This document shows, in pieces, positions 16,613 to 20,000 of a stretch of DNA of 20,000 nucleotides. Positions within the stretch are counted from its first letter, which is position 1. Every line of letters begins with the position of its first letter. The stretch is from sequence record DRR723986_4994. One strand, 5' to 3'. The notes beneath the pieces were generated by a model. That model searched no databases. It worked only from the letters and a program-made list of their open reading frames with translations, and was not told the DNA's origin. The position numbers and the translations under genes were made by a program.

Positions 16613-16777
16613 TTATTTCTTCTTGGTTTCAGTAGATTTTTTCTCGCTACAACATTTCTTTTTGTCGCACTTTTTCTTTTCAGTTTTATTCACTTTCTTT
16701 TCTCCATCTTGAGCATAAGAAGTTGAAAATGATCCAATAAATGCTGTTAAGGCGATTGCCATTATTACCTTTTTCAT
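16613..16777 (-). CDS. Small secreted Lys/Cys-rich peptide (54 aa), not in ORF track
   Basis: MKKVIMAIALTAFIGSFSTSYA|QDGEKKVNKTEKKKCDKKKCCSEKKSTETKKK*. Sec signal peptide, followed directly by a terminator. Confidence 0.8.
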   Translation of the reverse strand: MKKVIMAIALTAFIGSFSTSYAQDGEKKVNKTEKKKCDKKKCCSEKKSTETKKK

Positions 16778-16828
16778 ATCTGTGTGTTTAGTTTGTTCTT
16801 AATTTATAACGTTTATATAACGGTTAAC

Positions 16829-17491
16829 TTACATAAAAGATGCCAAAACTGTATTTTTTCCTTGAACAACATCATCAATTTTAACATTTATTTTGGCATC
16901 AAGTGGTAGAAAAATATCAACTCTTGATCCAAATTTGATAAATCCAAATTCTTCTCCCTGAGTTATTGACTCGCCTTCCTTTGCATAACATCTGATTCTT
17001 CTGGCTACTGCACCCGCGATTTGACGGTACAGAATTTCTTTACCTGATGAATGTTCAGTTACAACTGTAGAACGCTCATTTTCGGTGGATGATTTAGGAT
17101 GCCATGCTACCAAATATTTTCCTTTATGGTATTTATAATATTTTGTTTTACCGGAAATGGGATTCCACTGACAGTGTACGTTTAAAGGAGACATGAAAAC
17201 AGAAATCTGGATTCGTTTATCCTTGAAATATTCCGTTTCTTCCACTTCTTCGATTACCACAACTTTTCCGTCTGCAGGGCAAAGAATGAGATTATCATCT
17301 TGTTTTATTATCCGTTTAGGGACACGAAAGAATTGAACCACAAGGTAAAACATGATCAAGCAGCCCGCAGTAAGTAACCAATACAACCAAGGGAGATGAT
17401 CTTTTAAAAAATAATGGTTAGCAAAATAGATTGCTCCTAAGATGAGCGCTGCAATCGCTATAATTCCGAATCCTTCTTTATGAATTTTCAC
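16829..17491 (-). CDS. psd: Phosphatidylserine decarboxylase proenzyme
   Basis: PADGKVV, ISVFMSPLNVH, QIAGAVARRI, and the self-cleavage motif FGFIKFGSRVD. GTG start. Confidence 0.95.
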   Translation of the reverse strand: MKIHKEGFGIIAIAALILGAIYFANHYFLKDHLPWLYWLLTAGCLIMFYLVVQFFRVPKRIIKQDDNLILCPADGKVVVIEEVEETEYFKDKRIQISVFMSPLNVHCQWNPISGKTKYYKYHKGKYLVAWHPKSSTENERSTVVTEHSSGKEILYRQIAGAVARRIRCYAKEGESITQGEEFGFIKFGSRVDIFLPLDAKINVKIDDVVQGKNTVLASFM

Positions 17492-17500
17492 GGCGTAAAA

Positions 17501-18343
17501 TTAACCGAAATAATAGAAAGTAATCATTTGAAAGACGAAAATTACTGGAACAACGATCAGAATACTATCAAAACGATCTAACAATCCACCATGACCGGGT
17601 AGAATTGTTCCAGAGTCTTTAAGATCTAAACTTCTTTTGAGTATCGATTCAACTAAGTCTCCCAACGTGCCAAATGTTGCAACGAGTATACCCATTATTG
17701 CATATTGAATAAATGGCTGTCCTTCAAGAAAATAAGCGATAACAATTCCAGATAACATGGCGAATGTCATCCCTCCGAAGAAACCTTCCCAACTCTTTTT
17801 TGGAGAAATGCGTTCAAAAAGTTTGTTCTTACCAATCTTTCGACCCACCAGGTAAGCAAAAGTATCTGAAAACCAAATCATAATGAAAATGCCCATTAGC
17901 GGGTAGATATGATGGCTAATTTCCGGGTCATAACTTACAGACATGAAATTAATTAATAAGAAAGGTAGGACGATATAAATGATTCCGGCCGAGGTAATTG
18001 CCACGTTGACGAATGGATTTTTTTTGTTACGAAACAGTTCGGCAATTACTATCCAAATAAATCCAATTAAACTCACACAAACGAACGGAACATAAGCCGG
18101 AACCTCATTTTCTGCCACATTAGAAGTTATCCAGAATATCCCAAATAAATAAATCAGGAAACCTACAATTGGGCCAAGTAGGGTGTTGGGCGAATAAGGA
18201 GACTTTTTAAACATAGCAGAAAATTCCTGCAACATTAACAGTCCAACTATACCAAATAAAATGTGCAAATACCAACCACCAATTAAAACAGATGATATGA
18301 TTGCTGAAATGTAGAAAAAGCCTGTGATGGCTCTAACTAACAT
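17501..18343 (-). CDS. cdsA: Phosphatidate cytidylyltransferase
   Basis: SDTFAYLVG, RISPKKSWEG, and GDLVESILKR...KDSG.ILPGHGGLLDRFDS signature. Start moved to ATG 18343 (MLVRAITG), 1 nt after the upstream stop. Confidence 0.95.
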   Translation of the reverse strand: MLVRAITGFFYISAIISSVLIGGWYLHILFGIVGLLMLQEFSAMFKKSPYSPNTLLGPIVGFLIYLFGIFWITSNVAENEVPAYVPFVCVSLIGFIWIVIAELFRNKKNPFVNVAITSAGIIYIVLPFLLINFMSVSYDPEISHHIYPLMGIFIMIWFSDTFAYLVGRKIGKNKLFERISPKKSWEGFFGGMTFAMLSGIVIAYFLEGQPFIQYAIMGILVATFGTLGDLVESILKRSLDLKDSGTILPGHGGLLDRFDSILIVVPVIFVFQMITFYYFG

Positions 18344-18344
18344 G

Positions 18345-18548
18345 TTATTCTTGGGTTTCTTCGACAATTTTTTTCGCTTTTGTTTCATCCTCTGACAAAA
18401 CATAAAGCTCAAAACTACCAAATGCCTTATACATTGAATCTTGCTGATTCAAAATTAAGACATGGATTCCTTCTCCCTCTAGTTTATCTTTCATCAAATT
18501 AGCCGAGTATTCTAGGCTAGTGGTGAATATTAATTTTCGATTTTCCAC
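18345..18548 (-). CDS. DUF2007-like small protein (putative signal-transducing), copy 2
   Basis: A.L.K..LE.EGI.V.ILN..DS....G.FELYV...D...A pattern. GTG start, 67 aa. Confidence 0.8.
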   Translation of the reverse strand: MENRKLIFTTSLEYSANLMKDKLEGEGIHVLILNQQDSMYKAFGSFELYVLSEDETKAKKIVEETQE

Positions 18549-18558
18549 AAGTTTAGAC

Positions 18559-18762
18559 TTACGAGTTGTGTTCGTTTACAATTTGAGTTGCCTTTTCAAC
18601 ATCAGCTTCTAGAACATGCAATTCAAACCCTCCAACAACTTCACTTATAGAATCGTGTTTATCTAACATCAATACATCAATGCCTGCATTACTCAATTGA
18701 TCTTTAACCAAATTGGCTAAATGTTCTTGATTCGTATTGAAAACTACTTTTCTATTCTCCAT
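18559..18762 (-). CDS. DUF2007-like small protein, copy 1
   Basis: Start moved to ATG 18762 (MENRKVVF...), giving 67 aa collinear with the neighbouring paralog. 11-nt overlap with the ftsH end. Confidence 0.8.
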   Translation of the reverse strand: MENRKVVFNTNQEHLANLVKDQLSNAGIDVLMLDKHDSISEVVGGFELHVLEADVEKATQIVNEHNS

Positions 18763-20000
18763 CTTCTTCTTTTTTGGTTGCTTCATCAGCATTTGCTGAA
18801 TTTTCTTCATCAGAAGATACGGATTTTTCTTCAGAATTACCAGTAGATTCATTAGAAGCCTCTGTCGCCTCTTCAATCACTGAATTTTCAGTCGTATCAG
18901 TTGATGTTATTGAGTCTTGTTTAGTAAAGGTTTCTTCAATTTGACCTTCTGGAGTTTTATCTTTGTTTAAGTCCCAGATTCTTTCACCGAATATTTTTAC
19001 TAGATCATCTTTGAATATTACCTCATTCTTCAACAATTCTTCCGCAAGGGCAGTCAATTTGTCTTTGTTTTCGGTTAATATTTTTTTGGCTCTTAAGTAC
19101 TGTTCTTCAATTATACGAGTTACTTCTGCATCAATATTTTGAGCTCTATCCTCTGAATAAGGTTTTTGGAAAGCCGAACCATTTGGGTCATAATAAGAAA
19201 TGTTCCCAATTTTTTCAGACAAACCGTAAATTGAAACCATTGCATATGCTTGTTTGGTCACTTTTTCAAGATCACTTAATGCGCCAGTTGAAATTTTACC
19301 AAATATAATTTCCTCTGCTGCACGCCCTCCAAGCGCAGAACACATTTCGTCTAAGAGTTGCTCTGTTGTGGTAATTTGTCTCTCTTCTGGTAAATACCAT
19401 GCGGCACCTAAAGATCTTCCTCTTGGAACGATTGTCACTTTAATTAGTGGTGAAGCATGTTCTAATAACCAAGATGTGGTTGCGTGTCCAGCTTCGTGGA
19501 ATGCAATCGTTTTCTTTTCTTGAGGTGTAATGATTTTATTTTTCTTTTCAAGTCCGCCAACAATTCTATCAACAGCATCCAAGAAATCTTGTTTCTCAAC
19601 GAATGATTTTTGTTTACGTGCGGCAATTAGCGCTGCCTCGTTACAAATATTCGCAATGTCTGCACCTGAGAAACCAGGGGTTTGACGTGATAAGAAATCA
19701 ACGTCCAGTTCTTTTTCAAGCTTCAGAGGTTTCAAATGCACTTCGAAAATTTCTCTTCTTTCGTTCAAGTCAGGCATGTCAACATAAATCTGACGATCAA
19801 AACGTCCTGCACGCATTAGGGCCGAATCTAATACATCAGCTCTGTTGGTTGCAGCTAAGATGATCACACCCGAATTGGTTCCAAAACCATCCATTTCAGT
19901 TAATAGCTGGTTCAAGGTGTTCTCACGCTCATCATTAGAGCCCATATTCGCATTCTTTCCTCTTGCACGTCCAATTGCATCAATTTCATCAATAAAAATG
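18752..20000 (-). CDS. ftsH: ATP-dependent zinc metalloprotease FtsH (partial, 5' end outside window)
   Basis: Frame is open to the window edge with Walker B IFIDEIDAIGR. Also ERENTLNQLLTEMDGF, AATNR..LD.AL.R.GRFDR, HEAGH zinc motif and TGALSDL. Confidence 0.97.
   Translation of the reverse strand, partial: IFIDEIDAIGRARGKNANMGSNDERENTLNQLLTEMDGFGTNSGVIILAATNRADVLDSALMRAGRFDRQIYVDMPDLNERREIFEVHLKPLKLEKELDVDFLSRQTPGFSGADIANICNEAALIAARKQKSFVEKQDFLDAVDRIVGGLEKKNKIITPQEKKTIAFHEAGHATTSWLLEHASPLIKVTIVPRGRSLGAAWYLPEERQITTTEQLLDEMCSALGGRAAEEIIFGKISTGALSDLEKVTKQAYAMVSIYGLSEKIGNISYYDPNGSAFQKPYSEDRAQNIDAEVTRIIEEQYLRAKKILTENKDKLTALAEELLKNEVIFKDDLVKIFGERIWDLNKDKTPEGQIEETFTKQDSITSTDTTENSVIEEATEASNESTGNSEEKSVSSDEENSANADEATKKEEDGE

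Noticed and set aside
18344-18876. Extended N-termini of cdsA (from 18421) and DUF2007 copy 1 (from 18876) in the ORF track
   Set aside because: The extensions overlap upstream genes and are non-homologous. Downstream ATGs at 18343 and 18762 fit family N-termini and operon spacing.
16242-19863. Plus-strand ORFs 16242-16442, 19254-19523 and 19603-19863
   Set aside because: Antisense shadows of the T9SS cargo gene and ftsH.

Overview
AT-rich bacterial DNA with Bacteroidota signatures: TAnnTTTG promoter motifs, A-rich ribosome-binding regions without Shine-Dalgarno, and a T9SS type-B cargo protein. It is probably Flavobacteriales (inference). Most of the window is core or near-core metabolism: methylmalonyl-CoA mutase subunits, mazG, dapD, ybaB/ebfC, a TauE-family exporter, 5-formyl-THF cyclo-ligase and an ftsH-DUF2007x2-cdsA-psd operon. 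There is also a PagL-like barrel/GIN-lipoprotein pair and a partial arsenosugar cluster (DUF547, TIGR04282-type transferase, arsM) with no arsS. The most unusual element is a 437-bp cassette (8468-8904) that exactly fills the gap between the stop codons of two convergent genes. It holds a four-helix-bundle (23S rRNA IVP-like) gene between two inverted arrays of degenerate 7-bp repeats, and its apparent original start codon is followed immediately by TGA. Also notable are a Reelin-subrepeat-like domain in the T9SS protein, an NqrM-like 4-Cys membrane microprotein, and two small ORFs missed by the ORF track. No rRNA, tRNA, CRISPR array or transposase was seen. All family calls come from motif recognition, not database searches.
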